From NCBI RefSeq assembly GCF_000143415.4, contig NW_003314285.1:1499471-1563470 (forward strand): 64,000 nt of DNA, read 5' to 3'. The stretch comes from Selaginella moellendorffii. Its lineage: Eukaryota; Plantae; Lycopodiophyta. This document shows, in pieces, positions 23,701-38,091 of this stretch (the first letter of the stretch is position 1; every line of letters begins with the position of its first letter). The notes under the pieces are model-generated. The model saw only the letters and a program-made list of their open reading frames with translations. It did no database searches and was not told the DNA's origin. Made by a program: the position numbers and the translations under genes.

Positions 23701-25800
23701 ATAGTCCACAACAAAATCATTTTTCAAGGAAAAGCTTAAAGCTCAACCCTTACTAAACAATCTCGTCTAGAACATAACTAACTCAAACTTGCCACTCAGT
23801 TTATTTAAACATCAATACAGTTGCTAACTAGCAAATGCACAAATGCTAACAACACAAAGCTAAAGCCAAATCATCAACACTATTTGCATCAAGACTAATG
23901 AAACTCAATATCAATCATCAAAGAAACATCTCATTTTACTTGAATCTCAACATCAATAATGTCAATGACAAGGTATCACTTCAATGCCATCAACACCATA
24001 ACAAAGCTTATAGAAAGCAATAGTAAATCACCACCCAAAACTCTTTAGCAACCAAGGTAACCAAAGTCAAAGATATGTTAGTCAGTATCCGAGACTAATC
24101 CTCCAACAATACTTAGTTTTAGTTAACACATCATCAAGGAGTGATTCACCACATCCAAGACTTAATAAAATCTAACACTATGAACTAAACGTAACCAAAT
24201 GATATCAACAGAGGTAGAATCAATATGCTAATATGGAAAACCCATGTAAGTCTAATGACACGATCCTCCGCAACACCATCTAGTAAAGTAAACCCATCAC
24301 TGATAAATCTTCATCGAGTGAAGCAAGTGTCAACAGTCTTGGACTAAGTTTACAAGTAATCACTAGTTGCAAAGCAACTAACAATCACTCTTCAACTTGC
24401 CTTCACAAGAACCAAACACTAACTCTTGTCATCAAGTTATATACTTGTCCAATATGAACGTGATACTGTAGGTACGAGATAAAAGTTCATAGACAAGCAC
24501 AAACTAAATGACCACTCGAATCCAACTCAACCGCAATAAGGTCACTAATGCATTTATCCAACATCTAGCTATGCATGATCAATACTCAATTGAAACTAAA
24601 GTAAAAACCATAAGATGGACTCATATTGGTACACAACCTCCTTATAGACAAAACTATAGTACGGGTACTAACATCTCAACTTCAAACAATTAAATTGGAC
24701 ATCACCATCCTCAGCCAAGGCATAGGGCCACCAAGACTAAATCAAAATTAATGAGAGCTCACTACTCTCATAGAGTTTTAACAAAATGTAAGGTGCAATC
24801 TACCATCAAGCATAATGCTACAAAAGAAAAGTACAAGGGTCACCCTTCTTAGAAAAGTGCAATGGCCACTTTTTTACACCAACTCCAGACTCTATCCAAC
24901 TCAATTGCCTTAGCCCCAAAAAGTCAGCATCCCCTTTCAGGTCGCATCATACAAACTACCTACTAAGGTTTAAGTTAACCAAAATCAACTCTAACCCCTT
25001 CACTAGTTTGTACTAGCTTGTGAAAACAAAATGGTTTTCGAGCAAAGTGATTGACAGATTAGCTATTGGAAAAGCCTAAAAAAATTTGTGGAAAATTTTC
25101 CATCCTAGAGAAAGAATGACTCTCAGTCCAAGATTGCAAACTTTCAAGATTCATCCAACTTTCTCTTATTAACAACTTCACATAGTTTCACCTCAACACA
25201 AATTCTCATGATTTAACAATACACTTAAGCATTAAACATTTTTGCCCATATAACCAACATCCAACACTGACATTCGCAAAATGCAAAATAAACATCCAAA
25301 GCTTAATCACAAAGACCATATATTCAGACACTAACACTCTTCTTCAACCACTTTCAAGATCCAATGTGAAGCCAAAACATTAATAAAAAAAATGACATGG
25401 AAAATCAAAGTCTAAGGAAAATTCCTCATCACTCAAAATAACAATGCCACTTCCACTAACACAAGTGCTAGTGATGTCAATGCCTCAACTACACACCGTC
25501 TCCATCCAACAATCTACTCCAAATGCTAACGGATCAACTAACCATAGATAACCCTTTCCAACACCTTATGGGCAAACCCTTAAGAACAAGGAACCAACTT
25601 AAGCTTAGTATAATGGACTATTGAGAATTTAGTCAAAGTTACTTCAATGTTATTACTTGCAAGTAGATTAGCTTCACTATCAATCATTTTGGGGTTAATC
25701 ATCATTTACCCAAGCAACTTTGTAAACACATTGCTAATTATCACATGGATATGATATAAAATCACAATGACTTGATCATCAATTGAGCAACACCATGAGT
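20760..25800 (-). mobile_element. Heavily decayed internal region of the LTR retrotransposon (interrupted by a solo LTR)
   Basis: Adjoins the PPT/LTR and has a strong A/C strand skew with no intact ORFs. The right boundary is approximate and no second LTR was found. Confidence 0.4.
21826..22968 (+). mobile_element. Solo LTR with 5-bp TSD AAAAC
   Basis: TGTCGCGAATG...GCGCTACA flanked by AAAAC at 21821-21825 and 22969-22973. Confidence 0.9.
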
Positions 25801-28800
25801 AATGACTAATTTTGTATTTATAATTTATAAACATGTTTATAATTTATAAACTTTCTTAAACCCTTTCTAGTATATTCTTTTATATTCTATCATCTATTGG
25901 TTGATATACAATAAGATTAATCTTGTGTTTATAAATTACAAACATGCTTATAATTATAACCTTTATTGGATCAATTGGATTAATAAGTAATTTAGGGAAA
26001 ATCCAACCATAGAAAGCATGGGGTGGTAGATGCTGCAAGAAATAAACTGCAAGTGCAGAGGGTGTTAGCCAGCAAAGGGTGTGTAAAACACTATATAAGG
26101 ATCCGCAGGGGGAATATCTTTTGAGGTGGGAAAGTTGGTACTAAAAGTTGCAGGCACTACCATCAAAAACATGGGGACAACTTGTGTAGGCCATGTAGAT
26201 TGGCTTGGTAGGAGATAGCGTTCCCAACCTTTTTTACTTGGATCCTATAATGAAGCTTCTATTGAAATGATGTCGACTTTCCCTACAACATTTGAAGCTT
26301 GGTCATTGTTTGTTGGGAAGGCTGAAGCAAATGCAACACCACAAGATCAATATAGCAGTGGAGACACTAGAAGGCTACATTTTTGAACTGCTGTGAGAAA
26401 TAGCCTCCAACCCTAGATACCATTCATCTTCTTAACTTTAAAGAGTGTAATATGCATACACAATGCAAAGGGATTTGAATTGCCTATAGAAAACTCTAAA
26501 GTTTTCAATTTTCAATGATAGGCCTACTTTGCTAACACACTGCTATAGTGTTCTAAGTGATTATTAACTTGAACTTCAAGTCTGGAAGTATTGTATTATG
26601 CTTCAAAAAAGAAATTAAGAATTTTAACTGTATCATAGTAGCTAGTACCCTAAAAAACTCCATCGAAGTTTCAAAGCTTCTATAGATGATAAATGTCATT
26701 AAAAATAACATTATATATTAATGCATCAAATCCAAAATAAAATGAACAATAACTTATTCTATTATTAGTAGGGATAAATTTGTAACTTCAAAATAAACTG
26801 TAGATTTACATTTCACTATTTCCTTACCTTTCTAACAACGTTGTGATACAACAGAATGATTTGACAATGGTATCAATAAATGCGGGAATGCAAAAGATAG
26901 AGTAGCAATGAATCATAATAATAATTATCATAATCAAAAGCACCATTCTAGGGTTCATTTTCTAGGATACAGATGTGTTTCTGGTGATGATGGTAATGAT
27001 TGTGTGAGCCAACGATGGCACAAAGGTGATCAAGGTGCGAATTCCTCTAGCAGGGCTGCTAGCAAAGAAGATTTACAAGCAGTTAGAGAGGTATGGGCTT
27101 CACAATGCCCTTGAAGTGGATGGGGTTTCTATCATTGACAATGACACAATGTTTGTTGAAGATCGCCTCATCTACATTCCTCAACTGAGTGCAGCTCAAG
27201 CAGAAGGTATGAACACATGGCATACCTTAGATATAGTGAGTGTTGGTCTGCTTTCCTATACTTCTCAACACTAGATGAATGGTTGATTTCATGTTTACCC
27301 TCGTTTTTTTGGTCTACTTATATGGGTTCTATAATTGGGCTATAATGTGCTATATTCCTTTGACATGTTGTGGGTGTCTAGTATGGTCGTGCCTGGATTT
27401 GGCTCCCTATTTGAGGTGCTTGTTGTGGCTGTTGTTTTCTATAAGTACTAAACTAGTTGTCTTCCCAATCCCTAGTAGCCTTGTGCCTTGGATCTCTGTT
27501 TCGATTTGTGTTATGGGTATGGTGGTGTGCAAGGTGACCTTGCACCCATTGCTGTTGGGAACAAGAGGCTTTAGGCCCGATGACAGGTGAAGGGATTATT
27601 TGTTGCCTGCACAGCAAGCCTCATTGCAAGTGCTGCAAATGCGAAGAGGGGCATGCTGACACTTAATTGGTTTCCATAGTCGCAAGGTCCACCTAGAGAG
27701 GAATAAAACAAGAGGCATAGTAGAAACATAGTTTTCTTTTATCACTAACTGTTAATTCCTAAGGAGATCCAACTTGAAGGATCAAAAAGAAAAGGAATGG
27801 AATGAGTTATGGGTTGGCTACCTTTACAGGCCCTCGAAATGCCTAATGAAGGGATTTATTGTAGCACCAAAGAGCAATGTGGCTCATGCATATATTACAT
27901 TACAGACTCTTTATAACATTCATTAGGCCCCGCCCTATATAAAAAAAAAGTCAATACACCATCATGCAAGTGATTTATCCATTTTTATTTTTTCTTTTCA
28001 ATGAACCTCCTCATGTGCAACAAGAGATCACAAAATAGTTACAAAACTACTATTAAGCAAACTAAGTATTGCTACACGCAACGTATAGCAATTTATCTAA
28101 AGTATTCATATAAATTAATATGATTAATCTCAGTCAAAAGAAATTTTAGCTAGAGATAGTAAACTCCCTCTAAATCATGTGTTTAAGAGAGTTTATAAAT
28201 TATAAATAAAAGATTAATCTAAATAAACAATAATAGATGCAGAATATTTAAGAATATTCTTGGCATATTCACTGCCAACAGTTTGCTTTAGTTAAAATTA
28301 ATTAAAATTTTGTGATTAAAATAAAAACATATAAACTACTCCCTCTTATTATATTTTGTCAATTAAACTTATGATTAGCTATGACAACTATGATGTTTTG
28401 GAGGATGAGTGATTTTAATTAATATATTAATTTTTCATCAAGATCATGTTTAAATATAAGTTGCCACAAGATCATGCTAAACAATATTAGTAAAATATAT
28501 ATGATGAATTCTATTTACTTTGTGTTATTTCTATTATCTTTATGAAATTTTATTAAATATTTATGATAATTGACAACTCTTTTCCAAATAAGAATCTCAA
28601 ATAGCTAGTCCTTGACTCAAGCAAAATAATAGGGTAGAATACCCTAGAGTTCAATTCAATTTGAATGAATTGAAATTGTAATCCTCATATGATGCTAAGA
28701 GATGTGATCTCATAAGTAATAAAATATGACCATGATGACTTTTTGATACTCCATGAAAACTATTTCATTTTCTTTTTTAAAAAAAGGAAGTATTAATGAC

Positions 28801-30582
28801 CTCATTAATATGGATAATAATAAAATTCTTCTACTTGAATGTCAAGTTTGATTACATGGGTTATTTTTTAAGTTGCAATTGAACATGTGAGACATAGAAA
28901 CTAAATATTGTCTTTGTCAAACAAAATGATCCAGTATTATTTTTATTATATTATTAACATCTTTATCCGGTTTTCTTGTAATATTTTTTTAAAAAAGTAA
29001 GAAAATTATATGTTATAATAATATATATTCTTTAAAGTACACAAGCAAACCAAGCGTGTGTAGCAAGTTCCTCTATTTATTCTCCTTGCTGAAAAATAGA
29101 GAAGTATATGCACTCAAAAGAAAATGATGCTTATCAGCAAATTAATGTTTTATTTATTACTTCTAGACTTTTAGTAAAGTATTGCCGTAGTGTTACAATT
29201 AAACAGTCCAAAAAAGATAAGTCCACTATTGAGAATAATATTTGATTAACAATTTCTATTGAAATAGCAATAAAAGTTTGGAGCCGATGGAATTAATGTC
29301 CTATAAGATGTGTTCCATATTCAGGTAAGTGAGCAGGAAGAACAAAAAAGTGAGACATTGCAATCTAGAGCATTCAAATCTGTCACTACTTCTAGAAGTT
29401 CGTGGGATGACAATTGTGCATGGGCATACATACATGCCCTGTGTCAAGAGGCGTGCCTACTTACAGAAGGCATTCCTGTCTTTAAAAAGCACAATCACCA
29501 ATTTGTGCGGAGTGACCCCACTAGGCATATAAGATCTTTAAGAGACCATGACCAATTGTTCACCTGCAAGATAGAAGCCACCAGCTCTACAATAAGCTGA
29601 CGGCAAATGTGGAGAACACGATTCTAGACTTCACAGAGATTAAATCCCTCCAGGGCAGTCCAAAATTTGTTCAGGTATGTGTAAAAGAGAAACTAGTGGA
29701 TGTTGTAGTGTCCATCACCTTTGCAAATAAGCTTTTGCTAGAAGGACTATGCAAGAGTCTTGACTATACAACTATGGTTTTGTAAAGGCTTCAGCATTTA
29801 TACAGATTGATTATTCAGCTTACCATACAAAATATTAACTGCAAATGACAAAAATTCTCAAAATGATCTTTTGTACAATGACGCTAGAGAAACTGTTCCA
29901 GCTAGTCCAAATGATTGTAATGTATATTATTCATCCATGACTAGCAGAGATATAAAGACACTTTGATCAGTTATAAATGAAGGGGATCATTTAATTTCTT
30001 CAAATTGCCTTTACCAGCTAGTTCTGGAGTATAATTGCAATTTAGTGTTTGAGAAAGAAACACTCCGGAAATTTAGTTCTATTGGGATGTGATGGATGGA
30101 GTAATTTTTCTGTAAATATATTGCCAACCACACCAATTTAATAGTAGAAATAGTAAAAATAGTGGATTTCCACTCCTAGCTAATCCAATGCTTCTTTTAT
30201 GGAGGAAGGCATAAGCCGGGCCATTGATTTTATAAATTCAAGCCAGGGATTCATTATAAACTTTTCTTCTTTGCTCAAATCCTTTTTAGGTTTATAAACA
30301 TTTTCTCGCTTCTTGAGTGAAGATACCGTGTCAGCAGATGGTTGAGGTGTCAAAGACCAGCATGTTTTTGATGGTTTGCGCCAACCAGGATGTCTCGCCC
30401 GATACTTAATTCCAATCTCTCATTGTCAGCTCTGGACCATTTAAACCATCGTTTATTCGTTAGTTCGTCGCATAGAGCCCTTGAAATCCCCCTACACAAA
30501 TACATGCTACGTAAGTTATCATTTTTCCACGATACATACCAATCTTCTAAAAAATCATCCGGTGTGTGTTCTTCGTCAAATC

Positions 30583-31855
30583 CTACATGACAATCTCGGG
30601 CTTGAGAATGCTGGTCTTGATCTCCTTGTGTGGCAACACCACCCCTCCATTGCTGTAGAGCTCGTCTTTCACCTGGACATCCTCGCCCAACACGGTCATG
30701 TTCTCGATCCTCGTCCACTGCCCGAGCTTCGAGTGCCACCCGATGATACTCCCGGACACGCACGAGTGCTTCCGGATCTGGGCGCCTCGCATCACCGTGC
30801 ACCGAGACAATCTCACGCCCTCCTCGATCACGCAATCCGGTCCTACTGCTACGTCGGGCCCGATCAAGCACCCCGACCCAATCCGCGCCGAGGGGTCGAT
30901 CATCACGTTTCCAACAACGTGAGCGCCGATAGAGAGCTTCTCGGGCGATTTGCGGCGGATGGACTCGAGGTACAAGCGCAACCCCGTGATGTAGTCCTTG
31001 GGCTGGCCAATGTCCATCCAGAATCCCGGGAGAACCATCGCGAAGAGCTGCTTCTCCGCGGCAATGGCAGGGAAGATCTCCTTCTCCATGGAAGTTGGCC
31101 GGAGCTCGATCCGGTCGACCGTTTGCGGGCTGAGGAGATAGATTCCAGCGTTGATCTTGTTGCCCACGAAGATTTGAGGCTTCTCCACGAATCTCTGTAC
31201 GGCTCCCGTGGCATCGTCCATGACCACCACTCCATACTTGGATGGTTCTTCCACCTAAGAACACGAAGATCACGGAAGTTATAGGATAGGTTTTTCCAAG
31301 TTTCCTGGAGCAATCGAATCATACCTTTGTGACCATGATGGTGGCTTCCTTTCCGTGGCTCTTGTGGAAGGCAATCATCTGTTTGAGCGGATACTCGCTG
31401 ATCACGTCGCTGTTGAGCACGAAGAATGGCTCGCCAGATCCATCCACCAATTTGTCTCGGGCCAGCGCCAGGGGGCCGGCGGTTCCCATGGGCTCTCGCT
31501 CCTGGGAGCAAGTGATCTTGATGCCCAGCTTGGCCTCGAAATCCTTGAGAAATCTCATCATCACCTGGAAGAAAGAGATTTGTGAGGTTTGTGGCTGTGA
31601 ATCCAGAGCGAATGCTATACCTCTGGCTGGTAGTTGATGGCAAGAACAACCTCGTCCACTCCAGCCTCCTTGAGAGCTTCAATCTACGCATGCACGAATC
31701 CTTAGTTCTTGAGCCAAACTTTTGGGAGAGATTTGGTTGCTTACCTGGTGGAGGATCATTGGCTTGTTTGCGAAGTCCACGAGTGGCTTTGGGAGGCTGA
31801 GCGTGAGTGGACGGAGGCGAGTCCCAAATCCTCCCACAAGAATCAGTGCCTTCAT
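30583..31855 (-). CDS. VTC1: GDP-mannose pyrophosphorylase (mannose-1-phosphate guanylyltransferase), 4 exons
   Basis: [37 protein letters not shown]; [13 protein letters not shown]; [12 protein letters not shown]; ends ...[21 protein letters not shown]. Confidence 0.95.
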
Positions 31856-33478
31856 CTTTGCGAGATTTCTAGCAAGAACCAGGACAAAGATATCCTTTGC
31901 TAGAATTGCAAAGGAAGAACAGAGATTTTGATCACTGGATGCTGCTCAAGTCGGTGGCATACACTCCATGGCTTTATAAATGGCCATGGCAGAAACAGGG
32001 AAAGAAAAAAGGTAATGATAAAAGGAAAAAAAAGGGGAATTTTAACTCTCCCCGTTTGAATGGTTTTCTTAGATTTGAGGTAAAAGTTTTCCTTTAGTTT
32101 CGGTTATGAGAATAGAGATTGGATCGAATCTCCGTGGAAAAAAAAAAATTGTAAAAGATTTTGTAGCTTATTTTCTATCAAATGTTCTGGTGGAGGGCAT
32201 ATAATTTCTTCTTGCCAACCAAAAATGACAGCAACCCGGCACCCGAACTAAAAAAACTCGCCCAACATCGAAAAAGGCTCTTAGTCTTGAAACTGCGTTG
32301 GAAATGCTCATGAAATTCAATCAATGGGACCATGTTGACATGTTGCAAAGTTTGTTGCTCAGATCATGGTCTCCTCAGAAGAAGATTGAAAATCTGGCCC
32401 AGAAAATTTCTCAGTGAGTGTTCTGATTTTGTTTCTAGTTTATGATGGTACTGTAAATTATTTGACACTTTCATCTTCAACTAAAAGGTGGTACAGATCT
32501 GTGGGGCCTCTTTGTTTGTTTGGGGAGCAACCACCTACACACCTTCGACTTCTGGCCTGAATCCACCCTCCATGGAACTCCTCACGCTGAAACCAACATT
32601 ATATCTGAATGTTACCACTATTCTTGTTCAAACAAGTCACTGTTGTGTTGTGTGTCACCACCACCATTTTTACTGAAAAGAGCCAGAGCTGTTTGTGTGC
32701 ATGGGGCATGTTAACCCATGCTCATAAATGTTTGGAGAAAGCCAACACAGAAACTGAAAAAGGAAAGAAAGAAAGAAAAAAACTGTTGGTTACCGAATGA
32801 TGTTGATCTCGTAAGTTGCTGTTTTGTCTTGTCAAGTTAGCTGAAGTTTCAAACTCAACTCCTTAGATTTTCACTGCTGCTATTTCCGTACATAACGAAA
32901 ATCTCTTCACACGCCCCGTGCCTACAAAACACAGCTCGCATACAGCGATGCCTAATCTGAAAATGGAGAAACCGCAAAGAAGGAGCCACAATGTTTTACT
33001 AGTAAGAACCTTCCTTTGCTCTGTGCTTCACATCGCGTCACTCTGGCGGACAGTGATTCTAGATGTGGAGTACGCTGCCAGAGCCCCTCCAGAGCATTCA
33101 ACCACACCGACACTGTTTGTTAAGATCCTGTTCGCCAAAGGAGAAGCAAAGATGATTTAAGAGAGATTGACTAAAACCGTACCTCGAGGGCCGAATGGAC
33201 TGTTCTGTTGCTGCATTGCTGCAGCTCAAAGCACGTAGTGTAGTGCAGCATTGCTGACAAGAGGGACGAATGCTCAGTGGCTGGATTTTAAAGCTTTTCT
33301 AAAGTGCTTCCGTATGGACCGGGTAGGACCGGGCCAAAAGAACAAAGTTTTTGATCTTTGCCTTCGCTGAAAAATTCCGCTCTGTTCATGAACAGGCTGG
33401 TTAGCAAACACTTCACACGTTGAAAACGAAACACATTACCTGTGTACAAGTCGCCGGAACAAACTGTGAGGAAGGCAA

Positions 33479-34964
<1,486 letters not shown>

Positions 34965-35062
34965 CGCGGCTCGAAATATTTGACCTAAGAACTAAGTTAC
35001 TCTAGGGTTCTTCGGCGAGTAAATATTGCGATTGGATTCACAAAAGAATGGAGGAAATCTCC

Positions 35063-35327
35063 TCAAAAGATGTTAAATGGGAGAGGATGGGTGAGGTATG
35101 TGACCATCAAGGCGCCAAACAAGAGCAAATACGCCACCATTTGATCCAAAAGAGCCCCTGCCACAAGAACACCCAAGATCAATCCATAGATTCTTCCTTT
35201 CTAGATCGCAGCACTCACCACTCGCAGCTTGGGCTGTCGCAATGCCCCTGGCCGCCGCCGCCGAGGGGAAAATCACGCAAATCACCAGCGCCCACAACGC
35301 GATTATGGCCTTGCCCGCGAATTCCAT
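35063..35327 (-). CDS. Arabinogalactan-peptide (AGP16/20/22-type) homolog, 2 exons
   Basis: Splicing the GT-AG intron 35218-35158 gives MEFAGKAIIALWALVICVIFPSAAAARGIATAQAASGALLDQMVAYLLLFGALMVTYLTHPLPFNIF*. The C-terminus matches the AG-peptide DQxxAYxL...TYLxH signature. Confidence 0.75.
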
Positions 35328-35529
35328 CGCCACTGACACTGCGCCGCCCAAGGATCGATCTCAAATTTGGGCGAGGGCAAGGAGGAGCGAGCGATTAAAT
35401 AGCCTTGGGCGGTCCGAGAGGAAAGCTCGGTAGGATCGTTCGTGGCGCCGGCAGAGAACACGCACACGCGTGGCGAAGAACCCGAGCGCCGTCCAACGGA
35501 GAAACGAGAAAACTACGTTGACGTGACAA

Positions 35530-35588
35530 GTCAGCCCTAAGATCAAGTACACGTCAGCCCTACGATCAACTCCACGTCAGCCCTAGAT
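35530..35588. promoter_or_regulatory. Three tandem ~23-bp units with ACGTCA bZIP-type cores in the divergent AG-peptide/methyltransferase intergenic region
   Basis: gtcagccctaagatcaa / cacgtcagccctacgatcaa / ccacgtcagccctagat. A regulatory role is inferred. Confidence 0.35.
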
Positions 35589-35642
35589 ATGGCGCACTGA
35601 GATCCTGATTGTGGAGTGAGGGATTTGCTCGCTGCCCAAGAA

Positions 35643-36923
35643 ATGGGAGGGGAAGACAAGCCCAGGGATTTCACGAGATCGCTAGTGGCAGCGCTGGGAT
35701 TTGGGAATGGAGGAAATGGAGGAGGAGGAGGGAGTTGCGGAGTTCTACTCTTGCTGGCGACGATCGTTGTCACCAACATTCTCGCGCTCTACAGCCTCTC
35801 GATCTCGCGCGACGTCCAGCGGAGCTTGCAGCACGCCGCGGGGGACGAATCGATTCTCCGGGAGCTGGCGACGCTCAGGGATGAAATTCGCAGGCATGGC
35901 GCGCAAAACCCTCGCGACGAACACGAAGAACACGAAGAACACGAAGAACACAAAGGGGGTAATCTAGATTTCGCGATGAGCAAGGAGCTTGTGGAGTTCA
36001 CGGCAGAAAGGAAGCTCCCGCTGGGCAGGAATCCAAACTATGGCCTGGAGACGATGACCTCTCCAATTGGGCACCGGTGCTACGCGCAGAGGGAGCTCCT
36101 CGATCGATTCATGGGCTACACGCCAGGGGAGATCTGCCCAGACGACTGGTGGATCGGCCAATCCCTCATGCTCCGCGGCTGCGAGCCTCTTCCTCGCCGG
36201 CGATGCTTCGCCAGGACCCCAGCAGCGATCTTCCCGCCACACTCCCTCCCGGGATCGCTGTGGGAGATCCCCAGCGACAAATCAGTGCTGTGGAGCCACT
36301 ACTCGTGCAAGAGCTTCGAGTGCCTCAAGAACAGGGCCAAGAACAAGACCGTCTTCTACGATTGCGCCGATTGCTTCGATCTCTCCGGCCCGGAGCGATC
36401 GCGATGGGTGAGCTCCAAGGAGCTGGACGAGATCTTTTCGCTGGCCAAGGGTGGCATTCGAATTGGGCTGGATCTGGGCGGAGGGACTGGGAGCTTTGCG
36501 GCGAGAATGCTGGAGCGGGGAGTGACGATCATCACCACCACGCTCAATCTCAACGGGCCCTTCAGCGAATTCATCGCCGCGCGTGGGCTAGTCCCGATCT
36601 TCGCCACGATCTCGCAGCGCCTGCCCTTCTTCGACAACACCCTAGATCTCGTCCACACCATGCATGTTCTTAGCAACTGGATCCCGCTGGAATCGCTGGA
36701 ATTCGTGCTCTACGACATCGATCGCGTCCTGCGACCGGGTGGATTCTTCTGGCTGGATCACTTCTTTTGCACCGAGGATCAACTGGACACCCTCTATGTG
36801 CCGCTGATCGAGAGGCTGGGGTTCCGGAGGATCAAGTGGGCGGTCGGAAAGAAGCTCGATCGGGCCAATCGCGAGGTCTATCTCTCGGCGATTTTAGAGA
36901 AGCCCGTGAGAGAAAGTTTTTAG
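35643..36923 (+). CDS. Type II membrane SAM-dependent methyltransferase (At1g29790-like, Methyltransf_29 family), intronless
   Basis: N-terminal TM; CPDDW; GCEPLPRRRCF; IRIGLDLGGGTGSFAARM; RLPFFDNTLDLVH; YDIDRVLRPGG; YLSAILEKP. Confidence 0.9.
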   Translation: MGGEDKPRDFTRSLVAALGFGNGGNGGGGGSCGVLLLLATIVVTNILALYSLSISRDVQRSLQHAAGDESILRELATLRDEIRRHGAQNPRDEHEEHEEHEEHKGGNLDFAMSKELVEFTAERKLPLGRNPNYGLETMTSPIGHRCYAQRELLDRFMGYTPGEICPDDWWIGQSLMLRGCEPLPRRRCFARTPAAIFPPHSLPGSLWEIPSDKSVLWSHYSCKSFECLKNRAKNKTVFYDCADCFDLSGPERSRWVSSKELDEIFSLAKGGIRIGLDLGGGTGSFAARMLERGVTIITTTLNLNGPFSEFIAARGLVPIFATISQRLPFFDNTLDLVHTMHVLSNWIPLESLEFVLYDIDRVLRPGGFFWLDHFFCTEDQLDTLYVPLIERLGFRRIKWAVGKKLDRANREVYLSAILEKPVRESF

Positions 36924-37023
36924 GGTTCTTCCAAGATTAGGGTTTCTTAGGGCTTTTCGACGATGAGGGCGCTTGGGTGAAATCAGCGCGATCGATTGGG
37001 GAGCTAGAGAGAGCGAGAGGATT

Positions 37024-37965
37024 ATGGGGCAGACGTTCCGGAAGCTGTTCGATAGCTTGTTTGGGAACAAGGAGATGAGGGTAATGGCTGTGGCTTTTGA
37101 TTGCGCGCTTCTCGGTCTTCTATGGACTGATCCTTACGGGCAGGCTCTTGCAGGTAGTGATGCTGGGGCTGGATGCCGCCGGCAAGACAACGATCCTGTT
37201 CAAGCTACACATAGGGGAAATCCTCTCCACGGTTCCAACAATTGGTAATCCTTTTTTCTGGTTTCTTGGCTTTCATCTTGACCTTCTTGCTCGATTTCTC
37301 GACTGATGTGAATCCTTGCTAGGATTTAACGTGGAGAAGGTCCAGTACAAGAATGTGGTGTTCACGGTGTGGGATGTTGGTGGCCAGGAGAAGCTAAGAC
37401 CGCTCTGGAAGCACTACTTTAGCAGCACCGATGCTCTGGTACTGTTTTAGATTTCCTTTTTTGTTTTCAATCGTGATCTACAAGACGTGCTCCAGATCTA
37501 TGTCGTGGACTCGTTCGACAAGGACCGGATCGACAAAGCCGCCCTGGAATTCCAAGTAAGTGGTTTCAAACAAGTTCTACTTAAGCTCTCCGGGAGCTCA
37601 TCACATCCTTCGCGTCACTTCTTTCTCCAGGCGATTGTGAACGATCCACTGATGAGAAACAGCGCCATCCTGGTGTTCGCAAACAAGCAAGACATGGTAA
37701 CTCTCTTCGATTTTCGTTTCTCTCCGGGAGAGTGAAGTTTTCGCTCGTCTCTTCGTTTTTGCAGAAGGGCGCCATGTCTCCCACGGAGATCTGCGCGGTG
37801 CTGGGGCTGGGAAAGATGCGAGACCGACGGTGGCACGTCCAAGCAGCGTGCGCGATCAAAGGCGAGGGTCTGTACGAAGGATTGGACTGGCTGGCCGCGA
37901 CGCTCAAACATATGCAAGCCGTGGGGGTTCCCACCTCGGTTGGAGGGCCAAGAACAGTGAGCTGA
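37024..37965 (+). CDS. ADP-ribosylation factor GTPase, ARF-B class, multi-exon
   Basis: [19 protein letters not shown]|[13 protein letters not shown]; [11 protein letters not shown]; [10 protein letters not shown]; FANKQD; [11 protein letters not shown]. Confidence 0.95.
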
Positions 37966-38091
37966 CCCACACAATCATACAACGCTAAAGTATTTTGAGT
38001 GATATTCCACCTCACAAAAGGTGGCATAGGCACAATGTAGCTATAGCTGAATAAGTCAAGGTTGATGATACCACTTTTTCTTTTCCTATGA

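Noticed and set aside
29310-30100. Short ORFs suggesting a gene remnant
   Set aside because: No recognisable homology and many stops.
30350-31691. Long alternative-frame and antisense ORFs over VTC1 (likewise over XXT, PPO, PME and PPR)
   Set aside because: Shadow ORFs from high GC3 codon usage; no recognisable motifs.
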